Shown here: positions 8,260 to 16,439 of the stretch, in pieces
Layout of the letters: each line of letters begins with the position of its first letter
How positions within the stretch are numbered: the stretch's first letter is position 1
Origin: Bacteroidales bacterium
GTDB taxonomy: Bacteria > Bacteroidota > Bacteroidia > Bacteroidales > JAGOPY01
NCBI GenBank assembly: GCA_046484945.1
Contig: JAWOHY010000242.1
Location: forward strand, 1 to 54,967
Length of the DNA: 54,967 nucleotides
Direction of reading: 5' to 3'
Made by a program: the position numbers and the translations under genes
Notes under the pieces: generated by a model
Seen by the model: the letters and a program-made list of their open reading frames with translations, nothing else
Database searches by the model: none
What the model was told of the DNA's origin: nothing

Positions 8260-9435
8260 ATGATGAGATTACAATCTGTTATCCAGTCAGGGGTCGTCCT
8301 TCTATATATCCTGTTTTATGCATCTGCCTTTGCCCAGCCTTTCCAGGTGGGCCATACCACGCTGACGTTCATTGATCCGTCGCGCAACAACCGGCAGATC
8401 CCGACAGAGATTTATTACCCGGCCTTGGTTGCCGGGAAGAATGTGCCGGTGGCGCCGGGCCTGTTTTCCGTTCTCTCCTACGGCCACGGTTTTGTCATGA
8501 CAGTGGATGCCTACGCCAATTTCAGCGATGCGCTGGTGCCGGAAGGTTATATTTTCGCACTGGCGAATACCGAAACGGGCTTTTCTCCCAGCCACAACGA
8601 CCTGGCGCTCGACCTGGCTTTTATCATCCAGTCGATGGCTGCCGAAAACACTGATCCCGGCTCAATATTTTACGGCGCTGTGGCCGGGACATCGGCTGTG
8701 TTGGGCCATTCCATGGGCGGGGGCGCCTCCATGCTCGCCGCTGCGAATGACCCGTCCATCACCGCGGTGGTAAACCATGCGGCAGCCAACACCAGCCCGT
8801 CGGCCATCCAGGCGGCAACGGACATTAATGTCCCTGCATTGATTTTTGCAGGGTCTGAAGATTGCGTAACACCCCCTTCCCAGCACCAGGAGATCATGTA
8901 CGATTCGCTGGCATCTGACTGCAAGACGCTTATCAGCATCACCGGTGGCGGACACTGCTATTTTGCCAACTATAACCTGCTGTGCACCATCGGCGAGAAT
9001 TCCTGCGCACCGAACCTGACTGTCACCCGCGAAGAACAGCAGGATATTACCATCAGCTTCATGATCCCCTGGCTGGATCATATGCTGAGAGGAAATACTG
9101 CAGCCTGGGAGGTTTTTCTCGATTCACTGGAATCCTCCACGCGGATCACCTATCAGCATCAATGCGATCCGACACTGGCGCCGGGAGATGAATCCGGGCA
9201 GAACCGGCTGAAGGTTTTCCCCGTTCCGTTTAAGGATTACCTGACGGTAGAGGGTGATGGAAGCTTCAGGTCGCTGAAAATATATGATCTCACCGGCAGG
9301 GAAGTGCTTGATGTTCCTGTTGATAAAAATCCTTTCATTTCTGTGTCAACGCGATTTATACGGCCGGGATTTTATCAAATGGTGATGCTTTCGGATCACG
9401 GGGTAAAAGTTATACGAAAGGTTTGTAAGTATTAA
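8260..9435 (+). CDS. Secreted alpha/beta-hydrolase, cutinase/PETase/dienelactone-hydrolase-like esterase with T9SS C-terminal sorting domain
   Basis: Start moved from the listed TTG 8194 to ATG 8260, giving signal peptide MMRLQSVIQSGVVLLYILFYASAFAQ. Nucleophile elbow GHSMGG at 8704-8721 (AVLGHSMGGGASMLAAANDP). Also VPALIFAGSEDCVTPP and ITGGGHCYFAN. C-terminal LKVFPVPFKDYLTVEG...YQMVMLSDHGVKVIRKV is a Por-type CTD. Confidence 0.85.
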   Translation: MMRLQSVIQSGVVLLYILFYASAFAQPFQVGHTTLTFIDPSRNNRQIPTEIYYPALVAGKNVPVAPGLFSVLSYGHGFVMTVDAYANFSDALVPEGYIFALANTETGFSPSHNDLALDLAFIIQSMAAENTDPGSIFYGAVAGTSAVLGHSMGGGASMLAAANDPSITAVVNHAAANTSPSAIQAATDINVPALIFAGSEDCVTPPSQHQEIMYDSLASDCKTLISITGGGHCYFANYNLLCTIGENSCAPNLTVTREEQQDITISFMIPWLDHMLRGNTAAWEVFLDSLESSTRITYQHQCDPTLAPGDESGQNRLKVFPVPFKDYLTVEGDGSFRSLKIYDLTGREVLDVPVDKNPFISVSTRFIRPGFYQMVMLSDHGVKVIRKVCKY

Positions 9436-9448
9436 GGCTAACTATGTT

Positions 9449-9624
9449 GCTCCGACGACTAAAGCCGTCGGTTCGGGTTTTATTCTTCCGACGACTAAAG
9501 CCGTCGGTTCGACTGTTTTTCTTCCGACGACTAAAGCCGTCGGTTCAAATGCTTACGGAAGTTCTCCGACGACTAAAGCCGTCGGTTCGGGTTTTATTCT
9601 TCCGACGACTAAAGCCGTCGGTTC
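9449..9624. repeat. REP-like hairpin array, 5 direct copies of CCGACGAC-TAAA-GCCGTCGG
   Basis: Copies at 9452-9471, 9488-9507, 9524-9543, 9566-9585 and 9602-9621, with period 36/36/42/36. Each folds into an 8-bp stem (one A.C mismatch) with a TAAA loop. Inter-copy sequences 1 and 4 are identical. Confidence 0.93.
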
Positions 9625-9925
9625 ATTCGCTTATGTTTTTTAAAGCGGCGATATTTTTTGTTGAAAAGCTTGACAGAGGTGCCAGGCCATGCTTTTTGCT
9701 GTTATTATTTACGTAATAAATATCGTTTTCATAATCTGTCGCCGAAGTAATAATTTTTTGATAATGACCTTTTGCCCAAAGGTTCTGAATTACATTTTTA
9801 TCATTCCTGGATTGAGAATCATTATTAAATATTTGAATTTGATGATGATAAAGAAATGCGAATTTCCCTTTCCAATACCCCAAAATTTTGATTATTTGTT
9901 GAGAATATATTTTAGGTAAAAATAG
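9623..9925 (-). pseudogene. Truncated REP-associated tyrosine transposase (RayT / IS200-like Y1 transposase) remnant, C-terminal half only
   Basis: The minus frame reads LPKIYSQQIIKILGYWKGKF...LWAKGHYQKIITSATDYENDIYYVNNNSKKHGLAPLSSFST. This matches the C-terminal W-x5-H-x-I-x5-Y-x6-Y-x-x-N(P)-x-KHG pattern of COG1943/RayT proteins. There is no ATG (only TTG at 9883), no N-terminal HUH half, and the frame runs into the REP copy. Confidence 0.55.
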
Positions 9926-9931
9926 TACTAA

Positions 9932-9963
9932 AACCCCGAACCGACGGCTTTAGTCGTCGGAGC
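9932..9963. repeat. Inverted copy of the REP-like hairpin unit
   Basis: AAACCCCGAACCGACGGCTTTAGTCGTCGGAGC is the reverse complement of 9449-9480, with one extra G. Confidence 0.93.
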
Positions 9964-10063
9964 AGTATAGGCGGCATAGCCGTCGGAAGAAACAAATCGT
10001 CGGAGCAGTATAGGCGGCATAGCCGTCGGAAGAAACAAATCGTAGGAGCAGTAGAGGCAATAC
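9956..10063. repeat. 43-nt tandem repeat x2 plus a degenerate third copy (second REP-like family)
   Basis: GTCGGAGCAGTATAGGCGGCATAGCCGTCGGAAGAAACAAATC at 9956-9998 and 9999-10041, then degenerate gtaggagcagtagaggcaatac. The unit contains the small hairpin GGCGGC-ATA-GCCGTC. Confidence 0.9.
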
Positions 10064-10168
10064 AATTTTCTCCCCCTTTTTCCAGTTTTCACTGTATCAT
10101 CCTTCTGATATTCTTTATACTTTTACTGTCTGGAAGCAAGGGTGGTGTAATGAAAAACATAACGATCC

Positions 10169-10996
10169 ATGGACAAAAAGATCATCAAAGGACTTATTGA
10201 CGAGAAGCTGGAGGCAATCCAGGAGCAATTTTCGATCATCAGGGCATACGAGGGCAAGATCCCGGTCATCGAGATCGACCTGGTGATGGCGAACATCCGG
10301 GATCTGTACGAGCTCTTCCTGGTTTTGCAGCAGCAGAATACCGGCACTGTCTCTCCCGCTGCTCCCTCAGTGCCGCATGAAACGGTTACTGGGTCTGAGA
10401 ACGGTTCAGTATCCCAACCGGAACCTGAGATTACACCTCAGCCCGAGCCTGAGGTACATTCACAGTCTGTACCAGAGCCTGAACCTGAACCCGAACCTGA
10501 ACCCGAACCCGAATCTCAGCCTGAACCTGATGCGGTGGAAGCCCCTGCCCCCCCACCCCGCCGTTCACCGGAAATACTTGGCTTTGAACCGGTTGTTGAG
10601 AATGAACCGGTTACTGAACAGGAACCGGAAGGCCCGCCGCATACTGAAAAAACCACCAAAATAACTTTCGACCTGTTTTCAGATGGCAGCGCCGCTACCC
10701 TGGCTGATAAACTGAAAAGCCCCCGGGACCGCCGGATTGCCGATAAACTGCAGGAGGACCAGGTGAACGATTTGCGCATCACTATCGGAATTAATGATAA
10801 ATTTCTGTTTATCAATGAATTGTATGATGGCAATATGCGCATCTACGACGAGGCCATTCAAAAATTGAACGATTGCACCACCCTGGCACAGGCCGATTTG
10901 CTGTTACTTGACCTGAAAATCGCCTACAACTGGGATAGCGAGTCGCCTACCGTGAAGAAATTCGTTGAACTGGCCAGAAAGAAATTCGCGCAATGA
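10169..10996 (+). CDS. Hypothetical protein with central Pro/Glu-rich low-complexity linker
   Basis: 275-aa ORF. Structured N-terminal (MDKKIIKGLIDEKLEAIQEQF) and C-terminal (ITIGINDKFLFINELYDGNMRIYDEAIQKL) parts flank PEPEPEPEPEPEPES. No family recognised. Confidence 0.65.
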   Translation: MDKKIIKGLIDEKLEAIQEQFSIIRAYEGKIPVIEIDLVMANIRDLYELFLVLQQQNTGTVSPAAPSVPHETVTGSENGSVSQPEPEITPQPEPEVHSQSVPEPEPEPEPEPEPESQPEPDAVEAPAPPPRRSPEILGFEPVVENEPVTEQEPEGPPHTEKTTKITFDLFSDGSAATLADKLKSPRDRRIADKLQEDQVNDLRITIGINDKFLFINELYDGNMRIYDEAIQKLNDCTTLAQADLLLLDLKIAYNWDSESPTVKKFVELARKKFAQ

Positions 10997-11030
10997 CGCA
11001 TTCATTCAAGCTGTCATAAAAACATACGGT

Positions 11031-11711
11031 ATGGCAAAGCTTTACCTGGTACCCACCCCTATCGGCAATATCCGGGATATCACCCTCCGGGCTATGGATA
11101 TGTTAAAAGAGGTCGATCTCATTCTTGCCGAAGACACCCGGAAAACGGGTATCCTTTTGAAGCATTATCACATCTCCAAAAAAATGACCGCGCATCACCA
11201 GTACAATGAGCATAAATCGGTCAAAGGGATTGTGGAGCGCATCCAGAGGGGACTGAATATTGCACTTGTGACCGACGCCGGGACGCCCGGCATCTCCGAT
11301 CCGGGTTTTCTGCTTGTCAGGGAGTGTATCAGGGCTGGGGTGGAGGTGGAGTGCCTGCCCGGTCCCACTGCGTTCATCCCTGCCCTGGCCTGCTCCGGCC
11401 TGCCCACCGACCGCTTCCTGTTCGAAGGGTTCCTGCCGGCGAAAAAAGGGAGGAAAACCCGCCTGGAAGAACTGGCGGGCCTGAACTGCACCGTCGTTCT
11501 GTATGAATCCACCCACCGACTGCTGAAAACGCTGGAAGAACTGGCGCTGTATTTTGGATCCGAACGGCAGGCCAGTGTCTCCAGGGAACTGACAAAGGTT
11601 TACGAAGAAACGGTCAGGGGCACTATCACAGAATTATCCGGGTATTATAAAACACATCCTGTCAAGGGAGAATTCGTTATCATCATTTCCGGTGAGATGC
11701 CGTCGCAGTGA
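11031..11711 (+). CDS. rsmI: 16S rRNA (cytidine1402-2'-O)-methyltransferase
   Basis: Start set to ATG 11031 (MAKLYLVPTPIGNIRDITLRA), the canonical RsmI N-terminus. Also DAGTPGISDPG and LYESTHRL. The listed 10965 start would overlap the upstream gene. Confidence 0.92.
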   Translation: MAKLYLVPTPIGNIRDITLRAMDMLKEVDLILAEDTRKTGILLKHYHISKKMTAHHQYNEHKSVKGIVERIQRGLNIALVTDAGTPGISDPGFLLVRECIRAGVEVECLPGPTAFIPALACSGLPTDRFLFEGFLPAKKGRKTRLEELAGLNCTVVLYESTHRLLKTLEELALYFGSERQASVSRELTKVYEETVRGTITELSGYYKTHPVKGEFVIIISGEMPSQ

Positions 11712-11714
11712 AAA

Positions 11715-12710
11715 TTATACCACCAGCAGGTTGCAGCCCCTCACATCGCTGTCGTCGAATCTTCCCAGCACTTCGAAAGAACCGTCGGATGACAGCCTGC
11801 CAAGATCCTGGGTGGCTATGAAAGAACAGGAATAAAGATTGGCCAGGTCGATGATGTTAATGCCACCGGTCTGGCCGCATGGGAGCCACTGCATCGGATC
11901 GTGGGTGTCGCGGATAAGGATCCTCATCCAGGGGGGCGCCCGGAAAACCCCCTTGCCCTTCGAATAAGCCTGCGACAAAAGTTCCGTCATGCCATACTCC
12001 GAGTGGATCACTTCAACCCCTAATTGCCTGCAAAGGATCTCATGCAGCTCTTCCCTGACCATTTCCCGGTTTCTTCCTTTCATGCCACCCGTTTCCACAA
12101 TGGTGGCATCGTGGAGAGGTAAAGGATAGTCACGGGCAAAGTCGTGCAGCGCATAGGAGGCCCCGAAAAGCATGGTTTTAATGTTGTCACCTGCCGGTTT
12201 TTGCAGCTCATCTGCCAGCTTATCCCTTTCATGCAGGTACATCCCGCTCCCATTTTGCCCGGTTGCAGCCAGCAGCCTGTCAACCATATAAACCAGCGAA
12301 GAATCCTGCCTTTCCAGGTATCCCGGCAACAATGCCATGATCCGCCAGCGTTCCGGGCTCCCATAAAATAACCGGAATGATTGCATGAAACTTTCTTCAT
12401 AGAGCTTGGTATCTTTAATGTAATGCCTGGAAGGGATCACTCCGGTAGTCCCGCTGCTGGAAAAGACCCGCTCATATTCCCCTTCATCTCCCGATATCAC
12501 CTTCTGATCCCGGAAAAAAGTGGCCGGTATGAATGGAATATGATGAAAGTCAGTGATATTATCCGGGCTTTTCCCAAGAAGGTCAACAAAATCCTGATAT
12601 ACAGGGTTGGTTCTGTACTGAAAATAAAATATCTGAATGGCCAGCGCGTTAAAATCTTCAGGAAGGCTGATATTGAATATTTTTTTCCTGATTTCTTCCG
12701 GTGAATTCAT
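11715..12710 (-). CDS. LuxE/PaaK-like adenylate-forming acyltransferase (usually annotated 'acyl transferase' in Bacteroidota)
   Basis: 331 aa. FHHIPFIPATFFRDQKV and VFSSSGTTGVIPSRHYI (AMP-binding SSGTTG core). Convergent with rsmI, with a 3-nt gap. Confidence 0.72.
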   Translation of the reverse strand: MNSPEEIRKKIFNISLPEDFNALAIQIFYFQYRTNPVYQDFVDLLGKSPDNITDFHHIPFIPATFFRDQKVISGDEGEYERVFSSSGTTGVIPSRHYIKDTKLYEESFMQSFRLFYGSPERWRIMALLPGYLERQDSSLVYMVDRLLAATGQNGSGMYLHERDKLADELQKPAGDNIKTMLFGASYALHDFARDYPLPLHDATIVETGGMKGRNREMVREELHEILCRQLGVEVIHSEYGMTELLSQAYSKGKGVFRAPPWMRILIRDTHDPMQWLPCGQTGGINIIDLANLYSCSFIATQDLGRLSSDGSFEVLGRFDDSDVRGCNLLVV

Positions 12711-12741
12711 GGCAGATGGTCAATTCAGGTATAAAATTTGT

Positions 12742-12749
12742 TATTTTTG
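12742..12749 (+). promoter_or_regulatory. Candidate -7 box (TATTTTTG)
   Basis: Exact TAnnTTTG match 20 nt upstream of the ATG at 12769. Confidence 0.4.
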
Positions 12750-12768
12750 ACTATTCCGTGTGTTTTTT

Positions 12769-13311
12769 ATGAAAATCTCCATAAAGATAAAGGTATTTCT
12801 TCCGCTGATCGTTATTCTGGCAGCGATTTCATGCAACCGTACCGAGGAGTTTCCTCCTGAACCGTCCATATCTTACATTGGGTTTGAGAAATTATTGAAT
12901 ACCACCGACAGTATCTACGACCGGGGGATTTTGAAATTCTCTTTTAAGGACGGGGACGGGGATATCGGATTAAGGAAAAGAGATACCTTCCCTCCTTTTA
13001 ACCCCGGCAGCAAATATTATTATAACCTGATCATCGAATATTATGAAGTAAGGAACGGTGTGGAGACTTATGTGCCGTTGGTTTTTTATAATGCAAATAC
13101 CCAGCAGTTTGATACGGTCTATCTAAGTGCACGGATCCCCATGCTAATCCCCGAAGGATCCAATAAACCCCTATCCGGTGAAATCCATGACACCATATTC
13201 GTCTATAATTATAATTCTCCTTTCGACACCCTTTTCCTGCAGTTTTATATTGTTGACCGGGCACTGAATGAAAGCAATGTGGAAAGAACAGAGTATATTG
13301 TCAGGCGTTAG
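12769..13311 (+). CDS. Hypothetical lipoprotein
   Basis: ATG 12769 gives MKISIKIKVFLPLIVILAAISC (signal plus lipobox). No family recognised. Confidence 0.65.
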   Translation: MKISIKIKVFLPLIVILAAISCNRTEEFPPEPSISYIGFEKLLNTTDSIYDRGILKFSFKDGDGDIGLRKRDTFPPFNPGSKYYYNLIIEYYEVRNGVETYVPLVFYNANTQQFDTVYLSARIPMLIPEGSNKPLSGEIHDTIFVYNYNSPFDTLFLQFYIVDRALNESNVERTEYIVRR

Positions 13312-13350
13312 CTCCCTGCCTTTATCAGCAGCCTCTTCAGAATTAACATA

Positions 13351-15180
13351 ATGACAAGGAACCAAGATAAAAAATCCCTGGAAGCCCGGAAATACATCTT
13401 CCTGGCAATATTTGTCATTACAGGCCTGATCTTCCTGATCAAGCTATTTCTTTTACAAGTCATTCAGGACCAATACAAACTTTCGGCCGACAACAATGTT
13501 TTACGCCATGTCATCCAGTACCCTCCCAGGGGTGTGATCTATGACCGTAACGGTAAACTGATGGTATACAATGAAGCGGCTTATGACCTGCTGATCATTC
13601 CCAGGCAGGTAAAGGTTTTTGATACGCTCGAATTTTGCCGCATTCTTGATTTAACCCCGGAGGATGTTACCCTGCGAATCAATAAGGCCAGGCGTTATTC
13701 TCAGTTCAAGCCATCCATTTTCCTGGAACAGTTGTCAAAAGAGGAATTTGCCTATCTCGAGGAAGTTCTGTTCAAATTCCCGGGATTTTTCGTTCAATTG
13801 CGGTCGATCCGGCAGTACGATTCTCCCATAGCGGCCCATGCCCTGGGTTATATTGGTGAAGTAGACAATCGGGACATCGGGCGTGATCCTTATTACCGGC
13901 AGGGCGATTATATAGGGAGAAGCGGGATTGAAAAGGCATATGAAGCGGTCTTGCGGGGAAAGAAAGGGATTAAGATCAGAATGGTGGATGTCCACAACCG
14001 GGAAATGGGCAGTTACCAGGACGGGCGGTACGACAGCACGGCCGTACCGGGAAAAAACCTCATGATCAGTCTTGACGCTGATCTGCAGGCTTATGCCGAG
14101 CAGCTGATGCGTAATAAGAAAGGGAGTATTATCGCCATTGAGCCTTCCACCGGTGAAGTGCTGGTAATGGTTACCGCCCCGGCCTATGACCCGAATGTGC
14201 TGGTGGGCCGTGCCCGGGGAAGGAATTTTCTAAAGCTCAGCCTGGACCCTCTGAAGCCCCTGTTTAACCGGGCTGTCCTGGGACAATACCCGCCCGGATC
14301 CACCTTCAAGGTGGTCAATGGTTTGATTGGCCTGCACGAAGGGGTATTGCACGATTACAGCCTTTACGGCTGCCGGGGGGTTGCCACAACACCCATCCCC
14401 TGCAGTCATGACCATCATTCGCCCCTCAATCTAATACAGGCCATGGAACAATCATGTAATCCATATTTCTGGGAGGTTTACAAATCCATACTGAACCAGG
14501 ATAAATTTGCTACCATGCAGGATAGCTATACTCACTGGCGTGAGATGGTATTGAGTTTCGGGATCGGGACCTATCTGGAAACAGACATTCCCGACATTGA
14601 AGACGGCAACCTGCCGGAAGATAGTTATTTCGACCGGTATTACGGGAAAAAGGGATGGCGTCCCATGACGATCAGGTCATTGTCGATAGGCCAGGGAGAA
14701 ATTGAGATGACCCCGTTGCAACTGGCCAATCTGGCGGCCACGATTGCCAACCGGGGATATTACTATCCGCCCCATTTTCTGAAGGAGATCGAGGGAGAGG
14801 GTAAACCGGATGGCCTGAATGAGCAAAAGAGGTTTACCGAAGTATCACCCGGGCATTTTCAAACCATCGCCGATGCGATGGAGATGGTTTACAAGGGGGA
14901 AAATGGCTCAGCCAGATGGTACAGGATAGATGGCGTGGAATGTTGCGGCAAGACCGGAACATCCCAGAATCCCCACGGGAAAAACCATTCTGTTTTCATA
15001 GCTTTTGCCCCTAAGGACAATCCCAGGATAGCGATTGCCACGGTAATTGAAAACTCCGGTTACGGCGCCACCTGGGCCGCGCCCGTTTCAACACTGATCA
15101 TGGAAAAATACCTGACCGGAGAAGTTAAACTGAAGATGACGGAAGAAAGGATGATGAATGCAAATTTACTTGATGACTGA
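13351..15180 (+). CDS. mrdA: Penicillin-binding protein 2 (peptidoglycan D,D-transpeptidase)
   Basis: N-terminal TM anchor. Motifs are GSTFKVV (SxxK), SCN (SxN) and GKTGTSQ (KTG). It sits directly upstream of rodA. Confidence 0.93.
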   Translation: MTRNQDKKSLEARKYIFLAIFVITGLIFLIKLFLLQVIQDQYKLSADNNVLRHVIQYPPRGVIYDRNGKLMVYNEAAYDLLIIPRQVKVFDTLEFCRILDLTPEDVTLRINKARRYSQFKPSIFLEQLSKEEFAYLEEVLFKFPGFFVQLRSIRQYDSPIAAHALGYIGEVDNRDIGRDPYYRQGDYIGRSGIEKAYEAVLRGKKGIKIRMVDVHNREMGSYQDGRYDSTAVPGKNLMISLDADLQAYAEQLMRNKKGSIIAIEPSTGEVLVMVTAPAYDPNVLVGRARGRNFLKLSLDPLKPLFNRAVLGQYPPGSTFKVVNGLIGLHEGVLHDYSLYGCRGVATTPIPCSHDHHSPLNLIQAMEQSCNPYFWEVYKSILNQDKFATMQDSYTHWREMVLSFGIGTYLETDIPDIEDGNLPEDSYFDRYYGKKGWRPMTIRSLSIGQGEIEMTPLQLANLAATIANRGYYYPPHFLKEIEGEGKPDGLNEQKRFTEVSPGHFQTIADAMEMVYKGENGSARWYRIDGVECCGKTGTSQNPHGKNHSVFIAFAPKDNPRIAIATVIENSGYGATWAAPVSTLIMEKYLTGEVKLKMTEERMMNANLLDD

Positions 15181-16439
15181 TGGTTCGTGACCGGAACATA
15201 TATGGAAAGATTGATTGGGTCACGATATGGCTTTGCATCCTGCTGGTGTTGATGGGATGGGTCAATATTTATGCTGCGGTGTATGATGAATCGCACAGCA
15301 GTATTTTCGACATATCGCAGCGTTACGGCAAACAGATGATCTGGATCATGGCGGCCGGGGTCATCGCTTTCGTTATTATGCTCACCGATGCCAAGGTATT
15401 CAATGCGTTTGCCTATATCATCTATGGTTTATCCATGCTTTCGCTAATCATCGTGTTGGTGATCGGAACGGAGATTGCCGGATCCAAATCATGGTTCCAG
15501 GTTGGGGGCGTTGCCCTGCAGCCCTCCGAATTTGCCAAGTTTGCCACCTGCCTGGCACTGGCGCGATACCTGAGTTCCTATTCCACCGACTTCAATGTAC
15601 TGCGGGCCAAAGTCATATCGGGAATAATCATCTTTCTTCCAGCCGGCCTGATATTTCTGCAAAACGATACCGGTTCAGCCATTGTATTTGCCGCGCTCGT
15701 CCTGGTCCTGTTCCGGGAAGGGCTTTCGGGTTACTTCCTTCTGTCCGGCCTTTACCTCATTATCCTTTTTATTGTCAGTTACCTGGTAGACGAGCTTTAC
15801 GTGCTGATCGCCCTGACGGTGCTGGCCGGCATGGTTTATTACTTCAGCAAGACCATGCGCCGGAAGTGGTGGAAGGTGTTGCTGGTTTGGCTGGTATCGC
15901 TGGGTTTTGTCATCACGGTAGATTATGCGGCGGATCATCTGCTGGCAGCCCATCAGAATACCAGGATCAACGTTTTATTGGGCACAGAGCTGGATCTGCA
16001 GGGGGCCGGATATAATGTCCACCAATCGAAAATTGCCATTGGTTCCGGCGGTTTGTTTGGAAAAGGATTTTTGAAAGGCACCCAGACCAAGTATAATTTT
16101 GTCCCGGAACAAAGCACCGACTTTATATTCTGCACGATTGGCGAAGAATGGGGTTTTGCCGGCAGTACTTTGTTAATCAGTCTGTTCGTTATTTTGCTGA
16201 TAAGGCTGGTCAGGATGGCCGAGCGACAACGCTCCGTATTTAGCCGTATTTACGGCTATGGCGTCGTCTCCATTCTTTTCTTTCATTTCCTGGTGAATAT
16301 CGGTATGTCGATCGGTTTGGTCCCTGTCATCGGCATACCGCTGCCTTTCTTCAGTTATGGCGGATCAGCCTTATGGTCCTTTACGATCCTGATCTTTATA
16401 TTCATCAAGCTGGATGCGAACCGCCTGGCGTTATTTTAA
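15180..16439 (+). CDS. rodA: Rod shape-determining SEDS protein RodA
   Basis: Polytopic FtsW/RodA/SpoVE-type sequence (PSEFAKF, TDFIFCTIGEEWGF, LPFFSYGGSA). Its ATG overlaps the mrdA TGA by 1 nt. Confidence 0.93.
   Translation: MVRDRNIYGKIDWVTIWLCILLVLMGWVNIYAAVYDESHSSIFDISQRYGKQMIWIMAAGVIAFVIMLTDAKVFNAFAYIIYGLSMLSLIIVLVIGTEIAGSKSWFQVGGVALQPSEFAKFATCLALARYLSSYSTDFNVLRAKVISGIIIFLPAGLIFLQNDTGSAIVFAALVLVLFREGLSGYFLLSGLYLIILFIVSYLVDELYVLIALTVLAGMVYYFSKTMRRKWWKVLLVWLVSLGFVITVDYAADHLLAAHQNTRINVLLGTELDLQGAGYNVHQSKIAIGSGGLFGKGFLKGTQTKYNFVPEQSTDFIFCTIGEEWGFAGSTLLISLFVILLIRLVRMAERQRSVFSRIYGYGVVSILFFHFLVNIGMSIGLVPVIGIPLPFFSYGGSALWSFTILIFIFIKLDANRLALF

Larger units (their letters stand above)
9449..10063 (-). 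mobile_element. Decayed REPtron-like locus: hairpin repeat arrays in inverted orientation flanking a truncated RayT/IS200-like Y1 transposase remnant
   Basis: See the component features. A ~32-nt near-perfect inverted repeat (9449-9480 vs 9932-9963) brackets an AT-rich core with a transposase C-terminal fragment. Confidence 0.6.

Noticed and set aside
9449-9624. CRISPR-like appearance: a regularly spaced 20-25-nt palindromic repeat, five copies
   Set aside because: The spacers are only about 11-22 nt and two of them are identical. An inverted copy lies 300 nt away, no cas genes are in the window, and a Y1-transposase remnant lies alongside. The organisation fits a REP/BIME-type array, not CRISPR.
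9444-9716. 90-aa plus-strand ORF with a repeated RRLKPSV peptide
   Set aside because: The periodic peptide is simply the translation of the REP-like DNA hairpin array (CCGACGACTAAAGCCGTCGG repeated every 36 nt). There is no independent coding evidence.
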